Shown piece by piece: positions 1 through 9,243 of a stretch of DNA of 64,000 nucleotides. Source of the stretch: a virus (lineage: Duplodnaviria > Caudoviricetes); IMG/VR virus record IMGVR_UViG_3300032330_001252, positions 18,432-82,431 of that record. One strand, given 5' to 3'. The notes beneath the pieces are model-generated. The model did not search any database. It saw only the letters and a program-made list of their open reading frames with translations, and had not been told where the DNA came from. A program made the position numbers and the translations under genes. Position 1 is the first letter of the stretch, and every line of letters begins with the position of its first letter.

Positions 1-3000
1 TACGCTACTGTTGCAGCTAACATATTTGCAGCAAGTGCTGCATTTAATGCACTAAAAGATGCAATGGCTACAACTAACATGATTGAGGGCTTAAACCAAT
101 TAGGTGCTCAAAGCGGTCAGTCACTAGGTACATTAGCCAAAAACTTTGCTGATGCTAGCGGTGGCGCTATCAGTTTGCGTGATGCTATGCAAGCAACTGT
201 TCAAGCTACAAGTGCAGGTTTATCAACCAAACAATTCTCACAATTAGGTGATGTAGCCAAGAAAGCTAGTTTAGCTCTTGGACGAGACATGGCAGATTCT
301 GTTAGCCGTTTAACTCGTGGTATTACTAAACTAGAACCAGAACTATTAGATGAATTGGGTATCTTTACTAAAGTTGGTAAAGCTACTGAAGACTATGCAA
401 GAAGCGTAGGTAAATCTGTTGACTCTTTAACAGATTTTGAAAAACGCCAAGCATTTGCTAATGCAGTATTAAAAGAAGGTGCTGATAAATTTGGAAGCAT
501 TGACATTCCGGCTAATCCATACGATAAACTACTAGCTAGTTTAAAGAATTTAGCACAAACAGGCTTAGAAGTAGTTAATAATGTACTAGGTCCACTAATC
601 GGTGCATTAAGTCAAAGCCCAGCAGCACTAACCACAGGTATTGCTGCACTAAGTGTTATGTTACTAAAACAGGCACTACCAGCTATTGGCCAGTATCGCC
701 AAGGATTAGTTGCTGCCGCTGAAACAGCTAAAAAAGCAGCAGAAATTCGTGCAGGTGAAGCAGGCAAAGCAGTTGAAGCAAGTGCTAGCGCACGTGAAGC
801 CGCACTAGATAAAGCTGCAGAAGCAGAATTACGAACTGTTAAAGCCGCTGCACAAAAAATTGAAGAAGTAAGGACAAGTGGTTTTGGTAAGCAATCTAAA
901 GCTGCAGAAATTCTTAAAAAGAATACTCAAGATGTTACGCAAGCTGAACTTGATTATCTAACTAAAGTAGGAGAAAGATATAAAAAGCAAGGCAAAGATG
1001 ATATTGCAGACCGTTACTTTAATGCCGTAACAGCAATTAAATCAAGTGCCAAAGCTGAAGCAGAGTATCAAACTGTTGTAGATGCTACAACAAAGAAACT
1101 AACAACACAGCAAGGTGCTTGGACAGCCCTTGGTCAAGCTCAAGCTCAAGCTAAACGTACTGCAGATATTGCTACTTCTAAGTCAATAACAAGTAATGCT
1201 GCAGAAAATACTGCTATTTTAGGCATGAGTGGTGCTTGGTCAGAAATGCGTAAACAAGTTGGTGAATCCCAGATGGGGCCAATTCGTAAAGCATTTACAA
1301 CTGTGTCCAGCGCAATTAGTATTGCTTCAACAGCTCTTATGGGGTTTGTTGGTGCTTTACAAACTTATATATTTATTATTGGTGCAGTTATTGCAGGTGC
1401 TAGACTACTAGACTCTTACTTAACTAAAAATGCAGAACAGTCAGAAGCATTTAAACTAGCATTAGATAATTCAAATGAATCTGTAAAGAATTATGACAGA
1501 ACATTAAAAGCTCTAAGTAAGATGGATTCTAGTGCTGTATTTAGTGCAGCAGGTGTAACTGCCCAAGCAAATGCTTTTAAAGAGCTAAGTGATAATCTTG
1601 GTACATTACGCGAAAAGTTTGAAGAATTAGATAAAGCAACCACAGGTTGGGATAGATTCTGGGATGGAATTTTTAGTAAGAGTCAAGGACAAAAATTTGC
1701 GGAAGCAAGTGTGTCTAATATTACTAAGTTAATTGCTGGTATTGACAATCCAGATGTTCGTGCACAAATGACTGCTAAAGTTGATGAAGTACTTGGTACA
1801 ACAGGTGGTAGTCAACTACAATGGCTGGAAGCTCTTAAAAAGGGTGGACCAGAAGCTGCTGCTGCAGTAAAACAAATTGAAGATAAGATTAAACCGCTCG
1901 CCACAGGCATGAGTATAACTGCTAGCCGTAGTAAAGAGTTTGACGATCAACTTAAAAAATTAACGGATTCTTACAAAGAATTTGCATTTTCAGCTATTGA
2001 TAAATCACCTATGAGTAAACTAGGTGATGATATGTTGTTATTTTCCACAAAAACAGTAGGAGCACTAGCAGATACAGAAGCCGGCCTTGGTAGTATGAAT
2101 AAGTTACTACAAGATGCTACAAAACTTGGCATGTTCAGTCCAGATGTTTTTGCACAAATGCAAAAAATGAGAACTGAAGTAGAAGGACTAAACAAACAAC
2201 ACGGCGATACTGCTATTAAACTAAAAATAGCTAGACAAGAGGTTAGTTCATTAGAACTAGAGTACGAAAGATTAAACAAAGCTTACGGTGGTTTAAGTGA
2301 AGATCAAATTCAATCTTTACGAAATGAGGGTGCTGACACTTCTGGTATTGATCAGATGCAGGCAGCTCAAGAAAAACTTAATAGTAAGTTAGCTTACATA
2401 TCTGAATTAAATCGCAAAGATACAGAAGAAAGACGAAAAATTGCTGAATTAATGGCTAGTCCAGTATTCAAAGAAATGGCTGTTGAGTCTTTTAAAATCG
2501 GTGCTGATCTAATTAGTAAAAGTATAGATTTTGCATTTCAAAAAGCTAGTATTGACCTAAAGCGAGGTATTCTTGGTAATTTAAGTGATTTACCAGGTTC
2601 TGGTGCTTTACAGCGAGAAGTAGACAAACAAGATATAGGTATTCAACGTTCTCAATTAGAGATGCAAGCAAAAATGCTTCAAGCTCAGTACTTAATGATT
2701 GCTGCTCAGAACCAAACTACTGCCGCAGTAATGATGGATAAAGCAAAAGCTAGACTTGAAGGGCGTGATGCAACTGGTGCATATCGTGGTGAAAGAAGTG
2801 ATGCCGGAAATGCCTCAGTAAGTAATGCTCAAGGCATGATGGATATTACTGCACAGTTCAATGAATTTGTTACTAAAGGTGGTAAAGGTGCTCCTGCTAT
2901 GGTTAATAGTTTAACCAAGGCAATGAAAGATTTTGGTAAAGAAAGCCCAGAAATGGCCGCCAGCTTACAACAAATGTTAGCTGCTACTAAATCTTTTATG

Positions 3001-4527
3001 GAAGTGGATGCTACTAGAGCAGGTATTGACACTAAAGACAAACTGTCAAAAATGCAAATGGGCTTAAAGCTAATACAGGAACAAAAAACTGTTAATGAAG
3101 CTATTAATTCAGAAGAAAAATCTGCCATTGCCTTAAAACAAGCTCAACTAAATATTATTGGTCAACAAAATGCTTTCCAAACAGAAGAACAAGTAGCTGC
3201 ACAAAAACTTCTTTCTATAGAAGCAGCTAACCAAGAATATGCTCAGCAAGGAATATCTATTGCAGCAGATAGAGCCAAATATGAATTACTTATTGCTGAA
3301 GCTAAAAAAGCAGGATTAAAAACAAGTGAGTTAGAAGATAGTAGTAAAAAGTTATTACTTATCAGAGAAACTAATCGTGAAGCTGATAAAACAGTTAAAA
3401 CAGCACAGGCAGAAGCAGCTGAAAGATTAAACCTAATTAAAGTCTTAGCAGAAGAAGAAATGCGCAGACTTAATATTAGACAAATTATTGCAGATACAAA
3501 CGCTATTAGAGCAACTACTACTAATGAATTAAATGATTTAGAACTACAATATCAAATTAATTCAGAAAAATTCTCTGCTCAACAAATTGCTGATTCTAAG
3601 GCTATAATTGAAACTACTAAGATTCAAACAGAAGCAAGAGCTAAACTTGCAACTCTCGAAATTAATTATTTAAGAGAGATAACTAAATTAGTAGAGGCAT
3701 ATCAAAAAGCAGCGCCAGGTGCTGCTGGAGAAGCCGTAAGAGCTGATATTAGAGCTCAAATGGAGGCTATTGGTGAAAAGTATACTGCTGAAGTAACTGG
3801 CGTTAATGCTGTTGCAGCTGCTAAACAAAAATTAGTAGACTTAGACAAGAGCCTATCAGAGCGTCAAAAAGCTTATGGCGATGTATTTAAGAAAACTTTT
3901 GAAGGTATGGCAGATGCTATTGTAACATTTGTACAAACTGGCAAACTGGATTTCAAGGGTTTAATTGACTCTATGTTGGCTGATTTGTTACGTTATGAAT
4001 TACGCTTACAAGCATTAGCAATGTATCAAGCTATGCGCCCAGGACTACTAAACTTCTTTAACTTTGGCTCTAGCCCTGGTGGTGCACCAATAGTTGATAG
4101 TACTGCTAGTTCACTATTACCAACGCTTGCTGCAAAAGGTCGTGCTTACGACTACGGAATTGAAAAGTTTGCAATGGGTGGAACCTTTACTAATCAAATA
4201 GTAGATTCTCCTACATTGTTTAAATTTGCTCAAGGCACTGGTATGATGGGTGAGGCAGGCCCAGAAGCTATTATGCCCCTAAAGCGTGATGCTAATGGAA
4301 ATCTTGGTGTTCGTTCAGGTCAGCAACAACCTAATGTTGATGTTGTAATTAATAACTATAGTACGGCACAGGCTACCACAGAAGAGACTACTGATTCTAA
4401 GGGCAATCGTAGAATTGAAGTTACTATTGGTGATATGACAGCCGGAGAGATGAGTAGAAGCGGTAGCGCTACACAAAGATCTATGAGAAATACTTACGGT
4501 ATTCAGCCCCAACTAATTAGGAGATAA
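1..4527 (+). CDS. Tail tape measure protein, 5'-truncated by the window edge
   Basis: Frame is open from base 1 (YATVAANIFAASAAFNALKDAM...), resembling the T5 pb2 N-terminal region; long Ala/Lys/Glu helical body; C-terminal GMMGEAGPEAIMPL motif typical of siphophage TMPs; followed by tail-tip genes. Confidence 0.93.
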   Translation, partial: YATVAANIFAASAAFNALKDAMATTNMIEGLNQLGAQSGQSLGTLAKNFADASGGAISLRDAMQATVQATSAGLSTKQFSQLGDVAKKASLALGRDMADSVSRLTRGITKLEPELLDELGIFTKVGKATEDYARSVGKSVDSLTDFEKRQAFANAVLKEGADKFGSIDIPANPYDKLLASLKNLAQTGLEVVNNVLGPLIGALSQSPAALTTGIAALSVMLLKQALPAIGQYRQGLVAAAETAKKAAEIRAGEAGKAVEASASAREAALDKAAEAELRTVKAAAQKIEEVRTSGFGKQSKAAEILKKNTQDVTQAELDYLTKVGERYKKQGKDDIADRYFNAVTAIKSSAKAEAEYQTVVDATTKKLTTQQGAWTALGQAQAQAKRTADIATSKSITSNAAENTAILGMSGAWSEMRKQVGESQMGPIRKAFTTVSSAISIASTALMGFVGALQTYIFIIGAVIAGARLLDSYLTKNAEQSEAFKLALDNSNESVKNYDRTLKALSKMDSSAVFSAAGVTAQANAFKELSDNLGTLREKFEELDKATTGWDRFWDGIFSKSQGQKFAEASVSNITKLIAGIDNPDVRAQMTAKVDEVLGTTGGSQLQWLEALKKGGPEAAAAVKQIEDKIKPLATGMSITASRSKEFDDQLKKLTDSYKEFAFSAIDKSPMSKLGDDMLLFSTKTVGALADTEAGLGSMNKLLQDATKLGMFSPDVFAQMQKMRTEVEGLNKQHGDTAIKLKIARQEVSSLELEYERLNKAYGGLSEDQIQSLRNEGADTSGIDQMQAAQEKLNSKLAYISELNRKDTEERRKIAELMASPVFKEMAVESFKIGADLISKSIDFAFQKASIDLKRGILGNLSDLPGSGALQREVDKQDIGIQRSQLEMQAKMLQAQYLMIAAQNQTTAAVMMDKAKARLEGRDATGAYRGERSDAGNASVSNAQGMMDITAQFNEFVTKGGKGAPAMVNSLTKAMKDFGKESPEMAASLQQMLAATKSFMEVDATRAGIDTKDKLSKMQMGLKLIQEQKTVNEAINSEEKSAIALKQAQLNIIGQQNAFQTEEQVAAQKLLSIEAANQEYAQQGISIAADRAKYELLIAEAKKAGLKTSELEDSSKKLLLIRETNREADKTVKTAQAEAAERLNLIKVLAEEEMRRLNIRQIIADTNAIRATTTNELNDLELQYQINSEKFSAQQIADSKAIIETTKIQTEARAKLATLEINYLREITKLVEAYQKAAPGAAGEAVRADIRAQMEAIGEKYTAEVTGVNAVAAAKQKLVDLDKSLSERQKAYGDVFKKTFEGMADAIVTFVQTGKLDFKGLIDSMLADLLRYELRLQALAMYQAMRPGLLNFFNFGSSPGGAPIVDSTASSLLPTLAAKGRAYDYGIEKFAMGGTFTNQIVDSPTLFKFAQGTGMMGEAGPEAIMPLKRDANGNLGVRSGQQQPNVDVVINNYSTAQATTEETTDSKGNRRIEVTIGDMTAGEMSRSGSATQRSMRNTYGIQPQLIRR

Positions 4528-4529
4528 TA

Positions 4530-4904
4530 ATGGCATATAGTTATGTATGGCCAGCAACACTTCCTCAAGTGCCTCAAAAAGGGTATTCGGAAACTGGTGG
4601 AGCTAATATTTTAAGTACTAGTATGGATTCTGGTCCAGCTAAGCGTAGATATCGTGGTAAAAGACCACAAACATTATCTGTTAGTTTTCTAATGACTACA
4701 GCAGAAGTAACAGCTCTAGAGACATTTGTTCTAGGCCCTAATGCTATCAGAGGCGTTGCTAGATTTGGATTCCCACATCCACGTACTGGACTAACAGTTG
4801 AAGTAAGAATTTTACCAGAAGGTAGTGATGGTAACTTATATAATGTGAGTTATACTGCCCCAGGCTACTATAATGTAAGTATGAAGTTAGAAATATTACC
4901 ATGA
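4530..4904 (+). CDS. Distal tail (Dit / gpM-like) protein
   Basis: 124 aa directly after the TMP; WPATLPQ...MDSGPAKRRYR pattern typical of Dit-like proteins. Confidence 0.7.
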   Translation: MAYSYVWPATLPQVPQKGYSETGGANILSTSMDSGPAKRRYRGKRPQTLSVSFLMTTAEVTALETFVLGPNAIRGVARFGFPHPRTGLTVEVRILPEGSDGNLYNVSYTAPGYYNVSMKLEILP

Positions 4905-5434
4905 GTAGATTAACATCAATGAGCCCAGAAGCTATCCGTGCGGTTTTTTCGCCAGACATGGATAGTGATCTAATATTTTTACTAACAATGTATGATCCTA
5001 CCACAGGTGGTGTAGCTGCCCGTTTAGCCGATAACTTTACACAAAGACTTACAACAGCGCCTTATGCCGAAACACCTACTGAAGTATACTATGGTGTAGT
5101 AAGCAGAGGCGAACAGTTTTTATTCCTACCTATGGACCTAAGTCTGCCCAGTGAAGAAGAAGCACAAGCGCCTCGCTGCTCACTAACTTTACGAGATGTA
5201 ACTAGGTATGTTACACCTATTATACGTAGTATTAGTGGGCCGCCAAAAGTAAAAATGGAGTTAGTGTTATCAAAAACTCCAGATATTGTAGAAGCTAGTT
5301 TTGTAGGTTTTTATATTAATAGTTTTACATATAATGCTGATTCAGTGACTGCTGAATTATCTATGATTGATTATGAGCGTGAACCATTTCCAATGCACGC
5401 ATTTACAGCTCCATATTTTCCAGGATTATTCTAA
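4901..5434 (+). CDS. Minor tail protein (DUF1833 / gpL-like)
   Basis: Position between Dit and the NlpC/P60 gene; FLFLPMDLSLPSEEE and EPFP motifs. Confidence 0.65.
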   Translation: MSRLTSMSPEAIRAVFSPDMDSDLIFLLTMYDPTTGGVAARLADNFTQRLTTAPYAETPTEVYYGVVSRGEQFLFLPMDLSLPSEEEAQAPRCSLTLRDVTRYVTPIIRSISGPPKVKMELVLSKTPDIVEASFVGFYINSFTYNADSVTAELSMIDYEREPFPMHAFTAPYFPGLF

Positions 5435-8400
5435 TGTGGCATAATAAATACGTGGGTATTCCCTATAAAGAAAAAGGCAGAAATCTTGACGGCGTTGATT
5501 GCTGGGGATTGCTGCGTCTAGTATATTCTGAAGAATTCAAAATTAATTTACCAAGTTTTGTAACAGACTATGCAGAAAATGATACTTTACGTATTCAAGA
5601 ACTAATTGCACAATATAAAGAGGGTTGGACACAATTAGAAGAACCTGAAGAAGGGTGTACTGTACTATTTAAAGTACTTGGTACCGAATCTCACGTTGGT
5701 ATTGCAGTTAGTAACACTCACTTCTTGCATGCGCGAGAAGGACAGTACTCGGCAATTGAAAGCTTCGATTCCCGCGCTTGGAAAAATCGTATTGTTGGAT
5801 ATTTTAAATACACAGAAAAAAGTTCAGCAGTATTAAATCTAGTACCACATCCCTTACGCACACAAAGATTTACTGTTGCAGTTGAGCCAGGTACTAAACT
5901 AGAAGAATTAGTACCTTGGGTTGCCAAAGAATATTCTATTCCTCAAGAGTTACGTTCACGAATTATAATTGTACTTAATGGTCGAGTTACTGACCCTGGT
6001 GAGTGGTCTGTAACTACATTAAAAGATACTGATCAGATTGAGTATAGAGCCGTACCAGCAGGTGGCGGCGGTGGTATTTTTAGAATGATTGCAATGATTG
6101 CAATTGCAATTGCTGCTCCTTATGCTGTTGCATATATGGCTGGAGCAACGTCAGCAGCTATTGCAGCTAGTGGAGCACTAGTAGCTAGTGGGATGGGTGC
6201 AGTTGCCTTTACTGCCGCAACTATGGCAGTTAGTTTAGTTGGCTCAATGCTAATTAATGCTATTGCACCTATTCGTCCACCTTCAGCACCAAGTGATCCT
6301 GGTAGTAGTGAGCGCCAGTTGATGGTTACAGGTGCAGCCAATCAAGCTAATAAGTATGGAGCAATACCCGTTATTTTAGGGAAAGTAAAAATTACTCCTC
6401 CTCTTGGTGCTCAAAATTATATTAGTTATGAGAATGACCGTGATACATATTTAACTATGTTATTGGTATGGGGCTATGGTCCTTTGGTAATAGACCCTGC
6501 AACTATTAAAATTGGAGAAGTTGCAATATCTAACTACACTCTATCAAAATTTACTGATGGAACAGATAAACTAATAACACTAGATCATAGAACTACTCCT
6601 ACTACAGCAGAACTAACAAAATTTAATTCTATTTATGGCAGCGACGTTTATCAAGTAAACAAGAATCTTACACTAGTATGTGATGGTAATCCAGAAGGTT
6701 CAACAGTAACTACCTCAGCAGTGGATAGTGAAGATGTGCCAATTACAACAACTACATTCCCTACTCCTGGACCTTATTCTGAAGCGGCAAGTTCTACTGC
6801 TGTAGATAAGGTAACTGTAGCTATTCATTTTCCACAAGGATTAAGAAAAGTAAAAGCAAGAGGTGATGGTGCTGGTGATAGCTCAGCAACATCTGTTACA
6901 CTTAATTATGAAGTTAAGGTTGGTAGTGGTGCTTGGACTCCTTGGAAAAGAGTTGTATATGGTACAGATGCTGCTAAAAAAGATGCATTTACTATTACTG
7001 AAACTTATGACATAGGCAGTACTCAATTACTGCAAGTAAGAGTTAGACGAGAAACTGGAGATAACACAGAAGATAATCCAGATTGGAGATATGCTTTTGA
7101 AACAGTATTTTTAAGTGCTACATTTATTAGTAATACTAGTCCAGCTGTAGATCCTAAAAACTGTGCTATTGCTAAGACAGCTATTCAGGTTAAAGCCAAC
7201 GAACAACTAAGTAATAGTATTGAGGGTATAAATGCTATTGTTCAAACTTATGCTTTAAGTTGGAATGGTACAGCTTGGGTAATGGCAGGTACAAGTAATC
7301 CAGCCGACTTATTTAGATATGTGTTACAACATCCAGGTAATCCACAAAGAATACTAGATAGTGAAGTTAGTGATAAAATTAATTTATTACAACTACAATA
7401 CTGGCATGACTATTGTGTTACAAAAGGATTCACATTCAATCGTATTCAGTCAGAATCAAAAAGCGTCCTAGATACACTACGAGATATTTGTGCCGCAGGT
7501 AGAGCTAGTCCTGCATTAGTTGATGGAAAATGGACTGTTGTTATTGATGAACCAAAATCAAATATAGTACAACATTTCAGTCAGCATAATAGTTGGGGAT
7601 TTGAAGGAACTAGAGCCTTACCTAGATTACCTGATGCATTACGTGTTATATACTATGATGAAGATCAAGATTACCAAGAGGCCGAAATAATTGTATATGC
7701 TTCAGAAAAGTCGCAAGCTAATGCAGAATTATTTGAAAGTATTCAGTTACCTGGAGTAACAAAAAGTACTTTAGTAATAGATCATGCTAGATGGCATATG
7801 GCACAAGCTCAACTTCGTCGTGAAAGTTATACACTAAGTACAGATATTGAGTACATTGTTGCCAATCGAGGTGACAGAGTAAAAGTAACTCACGATGTAC
7901 CAATGTGGGGTTTGGGTAGCGGTAGAATAAAAAATAAGCTAACTAGTACTATTTTTGAACTAGATGAGTTAGTTCCTATTGATGATGCCTCTAGTCATAC
8001 AATAAGAATTAGAAGTAGTACTGGTGCTAGTACTGAAAGAACTATCAAACAACAGTTTATTATCAGCTCAGTAAACAGGGCTAATAATTTAGTTACAGTT
8101 ACATTAAATGATGTACATCCATTAAGTATTGGCGACTCTGTGTATGTAACTACACCAGTACCAACTATTGGCAGTCCTACGGCTGTTGTTACAGCCGTAA
8201 CAACCAATTCTTTTAGCTATATTTCAATCGGAGGTAGTGTAAGTACTACTTCTACTAGTGGAACAGTAGTATTAAATGATGGGTACTACAGTAAAGTTCA
8301 AGTAACTGTAAGTACTACTGCTAGTGAGGCTAATAGTGGCGATCTTTTCTTATTTGGAAAATATCAGCAAGAGTCTCAAGATTTAATTATTATGAATATT

Positions 8401-9231
8401 GAGCCTACGACTAATAAGACAGCCAGAATTACTTTAGTAGATTATGGCGTAACTAGTAGCTATAATATATTTACTGGATATTTAAATTTAACTGCTGCAA
8501 CTGTATTTGAAACAAATATTACAAAAGCGCCTGAGTTTTTACAAAATGCTTTCGCAGACACAGATGTACCCGCAGTTACTAATATTCAAAGTGATGATTT
8601 AGTAGCGGAAATTATTAGTCCTGGTACTTACTCTTATAGAATACGAGTAAGTTATGCTAATAGTAGTCAATTACCCCCAACTGTCCAAAGTGTAGAATGT
8701 CAATACGACCTATCTACTTCTACTAATTCAAGTAATTATAGAACAGTAGTAGTTCCTTTCTTATCTAATACTGTAAATATACCAAATGTATTAGTTGATG
8801 AGATTTATAAACTACGTTTGAGATACGTAAGTTCTGATGGTAGAGTTGGTGTCTGGAGTGCTTGGTACACTCATAGTGTATCTGGCAAACAATTTAATTA
8901 CAATAATGTAGATAGCGTTATTGTAAAAAGAGTTGGAAGATTTATTAGTGTTACTCCAAGCATGACCGTATTACCAGAAGATTTCAAATTTTACGAAGTT
9001 AGAGTGTTTAAAGATGCTGGAACTGGTGATTTTTGGAATAGTACTGACACTAATATTATAAAAACCAAAACAACAAGTACAGCTAATATTGATATTAAAC
9101 AATTTCCTGTACATAGAATAAGTGCCGCAGGTGTTAAATATAGGGTAGCAGTACGTACAGTAAATACTGTAGGTAATTATTCTACTACTAGTTTGCTTGG
9201 CGAAATAACTTTAACAACCATAGCACCTTAA
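5434..9231 (+). CDS. Tail tip protein: NlpC/P60 (gpK-like) + gpI-like + gpJ-like hub/central fibre with FnIII-like C-terminus
   Basis: N-terminal YVGIPY...DCWGL...HVGI...FLHA (NlpC/P60); ubiquitin-like segment ending YRAVPAGG, then a hydrophobic Ala/Gly stretch and YGAIPVILG (gpI-like); TSNPA...GRAS (gpJ-like). Confidence 0.85.
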   Translation: MWHNKYVGIPYKEKGRNLDGVDCWGLLRLVYSEEFKINLPSFVTDYAENDTLRIQELIAQYKEGWTQLEEPEEGCTVLFKVLGTESHVGIAVSNTHFLHAREGQYSAIESFDSRAWKNRIVGYFKYTEKSSAVLNLVPHPLRTQRFTVAVEPGTKLEELVPWVAKEYSIPQELRSRIIIVLNGRVTDPGEWSVTTLKDTDQIEYRAVPAGGGGGIFRMIAMIAIAIAAPYAVAYMAGATSAAIAASGALVASGMGAVAFTAATMAVSLVGSMLINAIAPIRPPSAPSDPGSSERQLMVTGAANQANKYGAIPVILGKVKITPPLGAQNYISYENDRDTYLTMLLVWGYGPLVIDPATIKIGEVAISNYTLSKFTDGTDKLITLDHRTTPTTAELTKFNSIYGSDVYQVNKNLTLVCDGNPEGSTVTTSAVDSEDVPITTTTFPTPGPYSEAASSTAVDKVTVAIHFPQGLRKVKARGDGAGDSSATSVTLNYEVKVGSGAWTPWKRVVYGTDAAKKDAFTITETYDIGSTQLLQVRVRRETGDNTEDNPDWRYAFETVFLSATFISNTSPAVDPKNCAIAKTAIQVKANEQLSNSIEGINAIVQTYALSWNGTAWVMAGTSNPADLFRYVLQHPGNPQRILDSEVSDKINLLQLQYWHDYCVTKGFTFNRIQSESKSVLDTLRDICAAGRASPALVDGKWTVVIDEPKSNIVQHFSQHNSWGFEGTRALPRLPDALRVIYYDEDQDYQEAEIIVYASEKSQANAELFESIQLPGVTKSTLVIDHARWHMAQAQLRRESYTLSTDIEYIVANRGDRVKVTHDVPMWGLGSGRIKNKLTSTIFELDELVPIDDASSHTIRIRSSTGASTERTIKQQFIISSVNRANNLVTVTLNDVHPLSIGDSVYVTTPVPTIGSPTAVVTAVTTNSFSYISIGGSVSTTSTSGTVVLNDGYYSKVQVTVSTTASEANSGDLFLFGKYQQESQDLIIMNIEPTTNKTARITLVDYGVTSSYNIFTGYLNLTAATVFETNITKAPEFLQNAFADTDVPAVTNIQSDDLVAEIISPGTYSYRIRVSYANSSQLPPTVQSVECQYDLSTSTNSSNYRTVVVPFLSNTVNIPNVLVDEIYKLRLRYVSSDGRVGVWSAWYTHSVSGKQFNYNNVDSVIVKRVGRFISVTPSMTVLPEDFKFYEVRVFKDAGTGDFWNSTDTNIIKTKTTSTANIDIKQFPVHRISAAGVKYRVAVRTVNTVGNYSTTSLLGEITLTTIAP

Positions 9232-9243
9232 TAGGATCCAAAT

